64,000 bases of DNA from Lama guanicoe (taxonomy: Eukaryota): assembly GCA_013239625.1 (NCBI GenBank), contig MU053520.1, positions 276,934 through 340,933 on the forward strand, written 5' to 3'. Both the position numbers and the translations under genes were made by a program. Positions 49,860 through 63,600 of this stretch are shown in pieces (the stretch's first letter is position 1; every line of letters starts with the position of its first letter). Below the pieces are notes generated by a model. It saw nothing but the letters and a program-made list of their open reading frames with translations. It did no database searches and was not told the origin of the DNA.

Positions 49860-52800
49860 GAAGATTCTGGGAAGATGACAAAGTAGAAAATACCAGGAAT
49901 CTGTCTCCCTACCTAGATAACAATAGTACTGTCAGAATCTGTCTGATATAACTATCTTAGAAATCTGGAGTCTGTTGAAAGCTTACAACTTCTAGAGGAA
50001 GGCTTGGACAGTAAATTGCACTTAATTTCAGTCAATTTAAACTCATCACAGTAGCAGCTACCCATATCCTACCTCTTAGCACCATGGGAGTCACCTGTGC
50101 ATGTGTTCCTAGAACAGCTTGCATATAGCTTACATGAACTACGGTAGGCAAAAATGACCCTGTCCTTCAAATACTGAGAATCTGTGCTCTGGTCACTGAT
50201 TGTTACTTCCAATCTAAGAGGCAAAGACTAAGAGATGGGTAATCATTGTTGCACAGTTCTCCACTGCTGCAAGCCCCTCCCTCTCTGGCTAACATGGCAT
50301 CCAAGGAACTTAAAGGGCTGGCATTCTTTTATACCCTTTTTATTTTTCTCTTTTTATAATTTTTGGAAAAATATATTAAAAACTAGAATATTCAAAACCA
50401 ATTATATATACAAAGGAAGTTGGAAATTCATTGCACATGCACAGGAAAAGTCATGTGTTCAGAAAACTCATGAGAAGACCTTAGGTTTACAGCTCAGGCT
50501 GATCCTTGGCACGGAGACAGTCTACAACAACAACAGAAAAAATTTGGAAAAAAAAATAGTGAAGCCTAGGGAAGGGAAAGAATTTGATTTCTAGAGTTAC
50601 TACATTATTGGATTCAAAGTCCAGTTTTCAAAAAACATTACAGGAATACAAAGAAATAGGAAGTGTGACCATTCAAAGCAAAATTATAAACTAACAAAAA
50701 CTGTTTTTGAAAAACACTTGATGGTAGGTAAAGACTTTTAAAACATCTCTCTTAATGTTGTTTACAGAACTAAGGGAAGATGTGGAGAAAGTAAAAAAAC
50801 AGTATGAACAAAATATAAATATCAATAAAGAGATATAAAACCTAAAATAAACCAAAGAAAAAAATTATAGAGCTGAAATATACAGTGACTGATATAAAAA
50901 AATTTACCAGACCTACTCCAAGACAGATTTCAGCAAGAAAGGTAAAGAATCAATGAAATTAAAGACAGGACATTGGAAATAATGAAGTCTGAGATACAAA
51001 AAGAATAAGATTGAGGAAAAGTGAACAAAATCTAAGGGACTTGTGAGAGATCATCAAATGGACAAACATATGCATTGTGGGAGTCCCAGAAGAAATGAGA
51101 GCAAAAGGGACAGAGAGGATATTTAAAGATATAATGTCTGATAACCTCCCAAATTTGATGAAAACATGATTATAAACATCCAAAAAGTTCAACAAATTCC
51201 AATTAAGATGAACTTGAAGAGATCCACACTGAAACACATTATGATTAAACATTCAAAGGACAAAGACAAAGAAAAAATTTCTAAAGCACTAAGAGAAAAG
51301 TGACTCATCACATACACATGATTATCAATATTATGAGCCAATTTCTTATTAAAAACTTTGGAGGTCAGAAAGCCAAAGTATACAAAGTGATATAAGAACA
51401 AAAATCCCAGCAATTAAGAATCTTATATCTGGCAAAATTGTTCTTCAAAAGTGAGGGGGAAATTAAGACATTCCCAGATCACTAAGGGAATTCATTGCCA
51501 TTAGATTTGCCCTGCAAGAAATGCTAAGGGAAAATGCAGAAGCAGGTTAAAATAAAGGAACACTAGATATTAACTTGAAGTCATATGAATAAAGATTCCA
51601 GTAAAGGTAAATATATGGGCAAGTATGAAGCTAACTGTATTGCAACAATGGTTTATAAATCCATATTTTATTTTCTACATGATTAAAGAGTCTAATATAT
51701 TTTTTAATTATCAATTTAAATGGTATTGTTATTGTAACTTTGGTTTGTAACTCTACATTTTGTTTTCTACATATTTTATGAGACTAATACATTTAAAAGA
51801 ATTATTGGCCTATATTTTGGGCCACAATGTATAAAAATGTCATTTTGTGACATTTTACCTGAAAAGGATGGGATAGAACTGTAAAGGAGCAGACTTTGTG
51901 TATGTTTTTGAACTTAAGCTCTAATAATTCATTTCAGAGTATTATAACTTTAAAAGGTTAAATGTAATCCTCATGGTACCTAAAATGAAAAGTGAAAACT
52001 GCTACAGAACATACACAAAAGAAAATGAGAAAGAATTGTAAACATTTCACTCCAAAGGATCAAAAGAAGACAGTAATGCAGGAAATGAGAGACCTAAGAA
52101 AAACTGTAAGACATATGGAAAACAAATATCAAAATGAGAGAAATAAGTCCCTCCTTGTCAGTAAGATTAGTAGAATGGATTAAAAAAATACATGATTCAA
52201 CTATATGTAATCTACAAGAGATTCAAAGACACAAAGAGGTTGAAAGTGGAAGGATGAAAAAAATTCTATGCAAATAGTAAACAAAAGAAAGCATAGATGG
52301 CTACACTAATATCAGACAAATGAACTAAATTAGAAAAGGTCATACAAGACAAAGAAGGATATTATGTATTAATCAAGGTACGATAATATAGCAAGAAGAT
52401 ACAACATTTATAAACATCTAAACCCCTATTGAGATTACCAAAATATATAAAGCAAAAACTGATAGAATTAAAGTGAGACATAGAAAGTTGTATTAAAAAA
52501 AAATTTGGTGATTTCAATACACTACTCTCAATAATAGATAGAACAACCGGGCAGGAGATAAGTAAGGAGATAGAGAACTTAAACAACACAATAAACCAAC
52601 TAAATCTTAGAGTCTTATGCAGAACATTCTACTCAATAACAAAAAAAATATACATTCTTCCCAAGTACACACAGGACATTTTTCAAAATAGGCCATATGT
52701 TAGCTCACAAATTAAGTTTCAATAGATTTTAAAAGATGGATATCATACAAGACACTTTCTCTGACCACAATGAGATAAAGTAAGGAATCAATAATACGAA

Positions 52801-55648
52801 TACGACTAGAAAATTCACAATTTTTTATACTTACACAACTAACAGATCATAGAAAAAATTACAAAGGTTATTAGAAAATAAAGACCAGTGAAAATGAAAG
52901 CACAGCATAACAAAATTTATGAAATACAGTGAAAGCAGTACTAAGAGGGGAATTTGTAGCAATAAATGTTTACATTAAAAACTAGAACAATTGCAAATCA
53001 ATGACCTAAACTTAATGACTTAAGGAACTAGAAAAGAAGATGATTGGAACAGAAATCAGAAATCTCAAATCTCCTGACAAAGTCTTGGATCTGACGACTT
53101 CAATAGTGAATTTTACCAACCATTTATAAAAGAACTGACACAACCCTTATCAAAATTTTCCCAAAAATGAAAGAGAAAAAACATTTCCTAACTTATTCTT
53201 TGAAGGTATTATCCTGAAATCAAAGCCAGACAAAGATATTATAGGGAAAGAACACTACAGATCAATGTTCCTTGTGAATACTGATGTAAAAATCCTCAAG
53301 ATACTAGCAAATTTATTTAAGATGATTAAAATGATTATAAAACATATTAAAATATTGCATATTAAAAGGATTATATTAAACTTTAAAAGGATTGCATAAA
53401 GGACTATAAAACATAGCAAACTGATTTTTTTTTCTGAAATGCAGGACTGTTCAACATATGAGAAATGACCAATGTAATATACTACATTAATAGAATAAAA
53501 GAAGAAAAAAATGATAATCTCAACTGATGCAAAAAAAATGTTTTTAACAAAATTCAATATTTGTTTTTCATGGCTGGCTTCAAAACTCAACAAAGTAGGA
53601 ACAGAACAAAACTGTCTCAATATAATAAAATTCATATACGTAAAACCTTCAGTGAACATTATATTCAGTGGTGAAAGATAAAGTTTTCCCTCTAAGGTCA
53701 AGAACAAGGAAAGGATGACTGACTTTGTTACTTGTATTCAACATAGTATTTGAGTTCTAACCATAGCATTTTGGTAAGAAAAATAAATTAAAATCAACCA
53801 AATTGGAAGAGAAGAAGTAAAATGATTTCTGTTTGCAGATGATATAAGTAGGACACCCTAAATATTACACACACACAGAAAAATTATTAGAACTAATAAG
53901 TTAATTCAGCAAAGTAGCAAGATAAAAAGTCAATACACAAAAATTCATGGCATTTTGATATATTAACAATGAAGAGTTCAAAAAAAGAAATTAAGAAAAA
54001 ATTTTATTTACAGTAGCATGAAAAATGAATAAAATACTTAGGAAATAACTTTACCAAGAAAATGAAAGACTTGTGCAGTAAAAAACTACAAAACATTGCT
54101 GAAATTTTAGAAGATGTAAAAATGGACACATATTCCATGTGCATAGATTGGAGGAATTAATGCTGTCAATACTACACAAAGTGATCTAGGATTCAATGCA
54201 ATCCACATCAAAATCTCAATATATTTTAAAGAAATAAGAATTTTTTTCTGAAATACATATGGGATCTCAGGGGACCTCAAATAGACCAAAAGAATAGAAA
54301 AGAGAACCCAGAAATAAGCCTTAACTTACATGGTCACATGATTTTTGACAAGGAAGCCAAGGCCATTCAATGGATAAAGGACAATCTTTTCAACAAATGG
54401 TGCTGAAAAACCTGGACATCCACTTGCAGATGAGTAAACTTGGATCCCTCCTATACCATATACAAAAAATTAACTAAAAATGGATCAAAATTCTAAGTAT
54501 GAGACTTAAAACTGAAAAACTCTTAGAGAAAAATATAGGACATAAGTTCACAACATCATTTGGCAAAAGTTTCTTGAGTGTGGCACGATGAGCACCAACA
54601 ATGAAAGAAAACAATTTGAACTTTTGAAAATTAAAAACAAAAATTGTCCATCAAAGGACATTATCACTATTCAACAGAATGTCAAGTCAACCTACAATAT
54701 GAGATAAAAGACTTGCAAGCCATATATCTGGCAAAGGATTAGTATCCAAAATATATAAGCAACTACTAAAACTCAACAACAAATAAATACAGAGCCCCCT
54801 ACAAAAATGGGCAAAAGTCTTGAATGGCTATTTCTCCAAAGAAGATATACATTTGGCCAATAAGCACATGAAAAGATGCTCAACATCACTAAACATTAAG
54901 GAAATACAAGTCAAAACTACGATGAGATACTACCTCAAACCAATTAGGATGGCTACTATTAAAAAAAAAAAGGCAGAAAATACCAAGTGTTGGTGAGGAT
55001 ATGAAGAAATTGAAACATTTGTGTTATAATGTTAAGAATGTAAAATGATATACTCATTGTGGGAAATAGTACGGCAGTTCCTAAGAAAATTAAAATAGAA
55101 TTACCTTATGATTCAGTAATTCAATTTATGATTATATACTCAAAAGATTTGAAAATACAGACTCTGAGAGATATTTGTACACCCATGTTTATTGCAGCAT
55201 TATTCACCATAGCTAAATGTGGAGGCAACCTAAGTGTCTATCAGACAAAGGATGAATGAATAAGCAAAATATGGTAAAGGCATGCAGTGAAGTATTACTT
55301 AGTCTTACAAAGAAGTTTTGTCACATGCTACAACATGGTTGAATCTTGAGGATATTATGCTAAGTGAAATAAACCAGTTACAAAAAGACAATTACTGTAT
55401 GATTCCACTTAAAAGAGATACTTAGAGTAGCCAAAATCATGCAAAGTAGAATGGTGGTTACCAGAGGCTGGAAGGAAAGGAAGAATGAGAATGGGTAGAG
55501 TTTCAGTTTTATAAGATAAAAAGAGTTCTGAAGATGTATGGTAAAATTGGTATTATGACATTGTTAATGCTTTTAACACCACTGACTCTATGCTAAAATG
55601 GTTAAGATGGTAAAAATTTTTACATATTTTACCATAATTAAATTTAAA
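49860..55648 (+). mobile_element. Ancient near-full-length L1 (L1MB-like) with degenerate TSD
   Basis: 5' start 'gattctgggaagatgacaaagtag'; ORF1 remnants ~50650-51550; EN, RT and C-terminal ORF2 remnants ~52170-55410; TSD AAAAACTCCAGGGTTATT (49842-49859) / AAAACCTCCAAGTTTATT (55649-55666). Confidence 0.85.
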
Positions 55649-56269
55649 AAAACCTCCAAGTTTATTTTCACATGCTTCACTAATGTCTCTATTATGCATC
55701 TGTTTTCTATTCATCTTTTCCCAGTGATTCAATTGATAATGGAAACTTTCTATACTTTCCTAAACTTGTTCTATGTTCCCTTTCATGCCCCTCTACTACC
55801 TGAATTCAAGTCATTTATGTCATTGTAAACTAGAAGTCAATTACATAAAAATTATATTTTACATAATTGATATAACAACAATATTTTATAAAGATTTCCA
55901 AAATTGTGATAATACATATTAGTGTCTTTTTAAATATTATTTTTTAATATTATCAAAGAAGGTCAGAGAACATAATGTCAACTATTAATTTGTTTTTATT
56001 GTGCTCTTTCCATGGATATTTTTTAAAGCAGTTGCATTTTTTGATATTGTGAACAGCAATTCAAATAAATTTGCACTTTGAGTTATAATACTCATAATAC
56101 TATAATACTATAATACTCTAATTGTAAAACTTGGTCGGATCCATAATAGCAGATTAGACCTAAAGTTTAAGAATTAAGCAATATATCTCTCCTAAAATTA
56201 GCTTACTACTTTTATATTAAACAAAAGTGTCCAAGTGCTGCTCATCTCCACATCTTTATCTCAAACTGA

Positions 56270-56495
56270 GTAACATTAGTAATAGCTATTATTTATGGAG
56301 CTTTAATTATGTGTCAGAAACTATTAAAGTCTTCACATTCATTACTTAAAGTTCATGAAAAACCTGTAAGTAAAATGCCATTATCATCAAGAATTTTAGG
56401 ATAAGAAAACAAAAGCTTGAGCAGGTTTAGAAACATGTCCAAGGTTTTGGGTAGTAAGAGGGAAAACAGAGATACCAACCAAAGCTTTTCACTCA
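56270..56495 (-). mobile_element. MIR SINE remnant
   Basis: 'aatagctattatttatggagc...tatgtgtcag...ggataagaaaacaaaagctt...tccaagg'. Confidence 0.65.
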
Positions 56496-58692
56496 ATGAT
56501 TACATTCATTCAGACTAATTATGTTAGTAAATAAAACTAATCATTTTAACTTTTTCAATATCTACATTTGTGGTCTATTCCTCACTTTCCAAAAAAAAAA
56601 AAATAGAATGTACTCTTTGTACTAAATTAATTCTTGGTTTGATTTTATATTGCCATCTATATTTCTCCCTCCACTGAATTTCCTAAAGGAGTTAATCTTA
56701 GACTGCATAGATTTTTCTATGAGGAATAACTTTTTTGTAACTTAGAAACAATATAAACAAACAAATAAGTACATATTATAAAAAAGATAACTACTGAAAT
56801 ATTTGAAATGTTACACGATACTACTTCTAAAGGAAAGAACGCCTGCTTAGAATAGTTTGATGTTTGTGAATCCCTAAGGTCAGGTTTGGACATCATCTGT
56901 GGTATTAAGAATGAATAGCTGAGCATCCTGTTTCCAGGGGTTCTGAACCAATAGTCCTAAGACAAATGCAAAGTTTGAAAAAAAAATTTAAAACACATTT
57001 TGATCCATATTACTTATATTCTGAATTGAATAGAGAGGAATGTTGCTGGTTGCTATGGTATGTTTGAGGCAGGAAGTTTTGAGTTACTTCCTTGCTTTTT
57101 TGCTGATACTAAGTTTTAAATTAAAATATGACTGTTTTAGAGTCAGTTCTGAAAACCTGTGATTCTGGCTGAGGAATTTAACTAACTTTATTTAAAATAA
57201 AATGTTGCTTATAGGAACAAAATGTTATCTCTCTGAGCTGAAAATCAATGTTTGCTCATTGCCTAATGTACTGTGTGAAGAAAAGATGTGATTGGGAAGA
57301 GGAGTACAGTTATATACAATTGAAATCAGAATATTAGAGACAATATATTGAAAAAGTTTGGTTATTGTTCAAAATAGGTCAGTAAAATATGCCAAATTGC
57401 AATATGAGAATATATACAAAAACAAATTTACACTCTCACAGGTAGACTAGGAAAGTTGCCACAATCACATTAGTTAGGACTTTGGGAAGTTAAAAAGAAA
57501 CTGGAATCATATTATCTGTGAAATTCAAGAGAACTAAGGGAAGAAATAGAGAAGGAGGTCTTCAGAAACAATAGTGCTTTTTTCCCAGAAACTCTCAGGA
57601 ATAGATCAACCGAAATACCTTAGAGCAAAAGCCAGGGGTAGAGAAGAGAGGATTGTGAACAGTCAAACAGGGAATTATATTTAATCAGTTCTTAACTTTA
57701 CAGTTTTCTACATGTTAATATTTATTTAATAATTTGGAAGTGTCTTACAATCACGGAATGACACACTTTAATTAGCCACTATTTGTTTGTAGTTGCTCAT
57801 GAAAAATAATATATTTCATCACTGATGTTCTATGTTCCGTAAAATAACAATGAATGAAGGGACTGCCGCACATCTTAGAGCAGCTACTTCTAACATTTAC
57901 TTCCAGGCTAAAACTAAGAACACATTTGGGATTTTTGTTTCTTGTTTGTTTGTTTTATTTTCCTTTCTTTTAAAAAAACTGGCATAGCTCAAGGGATGAA
58001 TTTCAAGACTTGCCACTGTGGGCCGATAAGATGATAGTGTTTGGAAGTAATTTATATCTTTAATAAAGAGCAAAGCATATAGAAAGGGGTAGACTACATT
58101 GAAAAATTCTACTTCTTCCCAGATAAACTTCTATTTTCTTCTCCTTTTAAGAACTATCTTTCAGATACCTGCAGGAAAATGTAAAGATATATTTTGGTAC
58201 AGAAACCCTTTAAAATATTGTCACCTATGAACTCTGAATGAAATAATTTATTGAAAATATACTCTAGTTAAAACTAATTATAAAAATTTGGAAAAAAGTA
58301 ATATGTAGAAAAAATTACAGAGCAGAAAAACAGTAATACTATAGGTAGGTATAAATAATTATCCATATGGCAGCTATTAAGTGTTAGTGAACTTCTTAAG
58401 AAATAATCTGTAAAAAATTAAGGTAAATGTGAAATAATCTGAAAAATCACTTAAGAAGACGTTATAAAATAAAACTTTGGAAGATGAGTGAGCAACTGAA
58501 AATTTTCAAAGGATATTATGTTAATTGGAGGATAATTATTGATGATGGTATATTATTTTTGACACAGATAGAAAATATGATTGTACAAATTTTAAAACCT
58601 GTATAAATGTAAAAAAAAATTATTAGAAATAGGATGCATAACACTTGTAAGGCTAACAAACACTTCAGAACAATTATTGAAGAAAAAATGTC

Positions 58693-60650
58693 TCTATGCT
58701 ATTCTATTGATCCAAATGTTTGTTTCTGTGCCAGTACCACACTGTTCTAATTACTGTAGCTCTGTAGTATTATCTGAAGTCTGATGGGGGTTATTCCTCC
58801 AGCTTTGGTCTTTATTATTGCTTTAGTAATTCTAGGTCTTTCATCATTTCATATTTTTTTTAGAATTATTTATTCTAGTTCTGTGAAAAAAGTCCAGGGT
58901 AAATTGATAAGGATCACATTAAATCTGTAGAATGCAGTGGGTAGTATAGACATTTTAACAATATTATTTCTTCCAATCCAAGAGCATGGGATACCTTTAC
59001 ATTTCTTTAAATCATCTTTAATTTCCTTTATCTATGTTTTGTAGTTCTCTGCATATAAGTATTTCATCTCCCTGGTCAGGTTTATTCCTAAGTATTTTTT
59101 TTTTGGATGCAATTTTAAAAGGGATTGTTTCTTTACTTTCCCTTTCTGATATTTCATTGTTAGTGTAAAGAAATGTAACTGATTTTTCTGTATGTTAATT
59201 GTGTATACTTGCCAAATTCTTTTATCACTTCTAGTAGTTTTTGTGTGGAGCCCTTAGAGTTTTCTATATACATATTTATGATCACTTTATCTTTGATAGA
59301 TGAGGCAGTAATGTACAATGGAGAAAAACAGTCTCTTTAGCAAGTGGTATTGGGAAAACTGGACAGCATGTAAATCAGTGAAATTAGAACACTTCCTCAC
59401 ATCATACACAAAAATAAACTCAAAATGGCTTAAAGACTTAAACATAAGATAATATATGATAAACCTCTCAGGAGAAAACATAGGCATAACTTTTCTGACA
59501 CAAATAGCAGTATTCTACTCAGGCAATGGAAATAAGAGCAAAATTAAACAAATGAGATCTAATTAAACTTATAAGCTTTTCTACAGAAAAGAAAACCACA
59601 AACAAAACAAAATGACAACCTACAGAATGGGAGAAAATATTTGCAGAAATGTGAATGACAAGAGTTTAATTTCCAGAATATATAAATAGCTCATAAAACT
59701 TAATAACTTAAAAAACCAAACAACCCAATCCAAAAATGAACAAAAGACCTAAACAAGCAATTCTCCAATGAAGACACACAAATGGACAATAGGCATGTAA
59801 AAAAATACTCAATATCACTAATTATCAGAGAAATGCAAATAAAAACTACAGTGAGGTTTTACCTCACACCAGTTAAAATGGCCATGATTAAAAAGTCCAC
59901 AAACAAAAAATGCTGGAGAGGCTGTAGAGAAAATGGAGCCACCTACACTGTTGTTGGAAATGTTCATAATGGTGCAGCCATTATGAACAACAGTATGGAG
60001 ATTCCTCCAAAACTAAAAATAGACTTACCATATGATTCAGCATTCCCACTGCTGAGCATATACCCGGAGAGAACTCTAATTCAAAAAGATACATGCACTG
60101 TAATTTTCATAGCAGCACTATTTAAAATAGCCAAAATACGGAAGCAACCTAAATGTCAATCAACTGATGATTAGATAAAGAATTTGTGGTATATTTTTAC
60201 AATAGAATACTACTCAGCCATAAAAAGGAATAAAACAATGCCATATTCAGCAACATGGATGTACCTAGAGAATGTCATTCTAAGTGAAGTAAGCCAGAAA
60301 GAGAAAGAAAACTACCATACGATATCCTTCATATGTGAACTCTTAAAAAAAAAAGACACAAGTGAACTTATTTACAAAACAGAAACAGACTCACAGTCAT
60401 AGAAAGGGGGAAAGGGATGGGAAGGGATAAATTGAGATTCCAAGATTTGCAGAAACTAACTACTATATATAAAATAAACAACAAGTTTCTACTGTATAGC
60501 ACAGGGAATTGTATTCATCACCTTTTAGTAACTTGCAATGAGAAATAATATGAAAACAAATATATGTATGTTCATGTATGACTGAAACATTATGTTGTAC
60601 ACCAGAGATCAGCAAAACATTGTAAACTGACTATACTTCAATTAAAATAA
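58693..60650 (+). mobile_element. 5'-inverted L1 (antisense ~58693-59278, sense ~59283-60650)
   Basis: The antisense block corresponds to ~41085-41675 of the neighbouring L1; the sense block starts at the position matching ~41055 and runs to the tail; ORF2 C-terminal ORFs 59782-60402. Confidence 0.9.
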
Positions 60651-61100
60651 ACAGATGTCAATCCAACTTGGGGCAGAAAAGAAACAATAAAGCATCAGAA
60701 AAAGAAAACAATAAAATATTTAGATGGGACAAAATTATTCTTAATATCAATATATCTATAGCCAAGGTGGTTAAATTAGTGATTTTGCATGCTCCTTCCT
60801 TGCTACCAGAACAAAGGGAACTTTTAGCCCTCCTTACCCAAACTCACTCATCTCTTCTTCCAGTTGGATAAAGGGTGGTGGTGAGAACAGCACATATTTT
60901 CAACATCCTCACAACCCCCAGCAGGAGCTAGTGGGGGCAACCAGCATAATGCCAGCCTCAAATTCTCTTGGTGTTGGGTAGCTATACCTATGGTCAGGCT
61001 TCCTGAAACCTGAGCCAAAGTATATTTCTGCTGGACAAGGCCATCCTCATAATTCAGCTATAAAAATTTAGCAACAGGAAGGTAGCTTCCTCTGCTAGTA

Positions 61101-61716
61101 CAGCATTCTCAAACATGGTCTCAGAACTCCTTTAAAGTTTTAAAAAAATGAAGATCCTAAAGGGCCGTTTATGAAGGTTTTATCTTTTGACATTTTTCAT
61201 ATTAAAAATAAAACTGAGAACTATAAAAATACTTCTATAAATTTATTTTAAATAACAATAATAAGCCAACTACATTTTAACGTCAATGATTTATCTTAAT
61301 AAAAAAGTAACTTATTGGCCAAACCAAAAGAAAAAAGAAAAGAAACTTGAGAAGAATGGTGTTGTGTTTTAGAGTTTTACAAATGTTGTTTATATCTTAT
61401 TTGATAGAAAATAGCCCAATTTTTGTATCTGCTTCTTCATTTTGTCTATTAGATCTATTGTTTCATTGAAAGATATGGAAAAATTATTCCTCATTACAAA
61501 CATTGATGTAGAAAAAAATAATATTTTAATTGCCTTTTTGGATTGTTTTATGTATGCCTTCTAACCTCTGGAAAACTCCACTGTGTATTCATAAGGAAAA
61601 GAAATGTAAAAGTCAAATATTTTTTGTATTATTTTGAAAGTAGTTTTGGTTTTGTAGACCTATAGGAAGGGTCTCAAGGACTCCTGGAGTTCCAGGCTGA
61701 ACTTTGAGGACCATTG
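61101..61716. mobile_element. hAT/Charlie-like DNA transposon relic
   Basis: Degenerate terminal inverted repeats 'cagcattctcaaa' and 'tttgaggaccattg' around an AT-rich interior. Confidence 0.6.
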
Positions 61717-62281
61717 TCCCACAATGTCTCTGGCTGCACTCTCATCCAAGCACATCTTTCTGCAAGGGTCTTAGAAACTTGCAAACCTAACTTCTGCTGC
61801 CCTCTGCCTGTGAATTCTTATATTATAAAACACTTTACAGGATAGCTAGTTAGTATGAAAGAATTTAATTTCTTTAATAAAATTAGAAAATCTCACACTC
61901 AAAGGAAAAATTATGACACACTGCCAAACTATACAATGCAGGAAGTTTCTAGAAAGAACATAGACAAATATGTACCAGACAAGATCTCAAAAAAGTAAAA
62001 ACTAACGGTAATGTTAACACTGTGACCACAAAACAAAAAAAAAAACTAGCAATGGAAACAAAGTTTTAATATTATTAAAATTAAATACAAAATAATATAC
62101 ATGGTTATCAAAACTGATACCTCAATATATTTGTTAAAAATTATTACTTATTCCTGATAATTCTCCCTAAAATAGACATAGAAGTACCCTAACAAATTTG
62201 GTTCAAATGGTTTCTACCAGAAACCTAAAATAGATTTTATTTATTTTAAAGACAGTTCCCCTGATAGTATATATTTCTACC

Positions 62282-62605
62282 TGCTATGGACTGAGTGTAT
62301 CCTCCAAAAGTTAATGTTGAATACTAATCCTCAATGTGGTGCTTGGAGATGGGGTCTTTGTCGATGATCAGATCATGAAAGCACAGCCCTTATGAATGAG
62401 ATTGGTGTCTTTATAAAAAAGACCCCAAAGAAATCTCTCACACCTTCCACCATATGAAGATACAATGAGAAGTCAGCAGTTTGCAACCCAGAAGAAGGGT
62501 CTCACCAGAACCCAAACATGGTGGCATCCTGATCTTAGACTTTCAGCCTCCAAAACTGAAAACTGAAGTTCTGTAGTTTTAAACCACCCAGTCTAAGATA
62601 ATTTG
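62282..62605 (+). mobile_element. MaLR LTR (MLT1A/B-like)
   Basis: 'tgctatggactgagtgt...gcccttatgaatgagatt...ctgatcttagactttcagcctccaaaactg...taaaccacccagtcta'. Confidence 0.8.
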
Positions 62606-63099
62606 GAAGGCAAAAAGGACAAAACTCTACATCTGTGATCTGTTGAGCCTACGAGAGCCCAAAGCTCTCTTGTTTCACTACTTGCCCTTGTCCTCAACAA
62701 CATCATTGAGAAAACTATCAAAATAGTGATGTGGTAGAAACAACACAGGTTTAAAAAATCAGAGGGTCTGAATTCAAAACTCCAGTGGGCCACTTAAAAA
62801 TTCCATGACCCAAACATACCATTTAAACACTCTAGAATTCTCTCCCCTCACCAACGAAGTGAAAGAAATAAGGTATGTCTTACAAGGCTGAGGATAACTT
62901 ATATAACATTGATTTTCACAGAGTTTGACAAACAGGAAAATAAATATTTATTGATAAAACAAAATACCAAAACCCACTCTCTCCTAAATTTCATTCTGAG
63001 TTTATTTATAGACCTAATTATGGATGTTGACAAAAGGAAGAAGATAGGAGCATGAAGTCTAAACCAATGTCAGGTGGAAGAAGCTAATATTGCTGGGGA

Positions 63100-63500
63100 G
63101 TGGCAGGCAAAATTCTAAGCTGATTCCAAGAATTATGCCCCCTGATGTATAATCTCTTCTCCTGGAGTATGATAGGATAGTGGCTCCTTTGATTAGGTTG
63201 GCTTATATGACAAGTGTAATATGAAAGTCACTCCCAGATTATGTTGTTGTATAATATTCCTTGTTAGCAGCAGGTTGGATAGGGATTTTCCTGTTAGCTT
63301 GTAGTAGGCTGACAAAGTGTGAGAGGGTCAATTAGGAGCTGAGAGTGGCCTCTACAACTTAAGAGTGACCCCCAGCCAACAAGAAAACAGGGATATCAGC
63401 TGAACTACTGCAAGGAATTAAATCATGCCAGAAACTGGAATGAGGTGGGAAGAGGACCGAGGGCTTCAGCTGACAGCAGTAGTCTCCCCCCACACTTAGT
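63100..63500 (+). mobile_element. MaLR LTR (MLT1E/F-like), partial
   Basis: 'gtggcaggcaaaattctaag...ggagctgagagtggcc...caaggaattaaatcatgcca'. Confidence 0.65.
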
Positions 63501-63502
63501 TG

Positions 63503-63598
<96 letters not shown>

Positions 63599-63600
63599 TT
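63503..63600. repeat. (TTTC)n microsatellite derived from an L1 tail
   Basis: About 23 perfect units directly adjacent to an L1 3' terminus. Confidence 0.97.
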
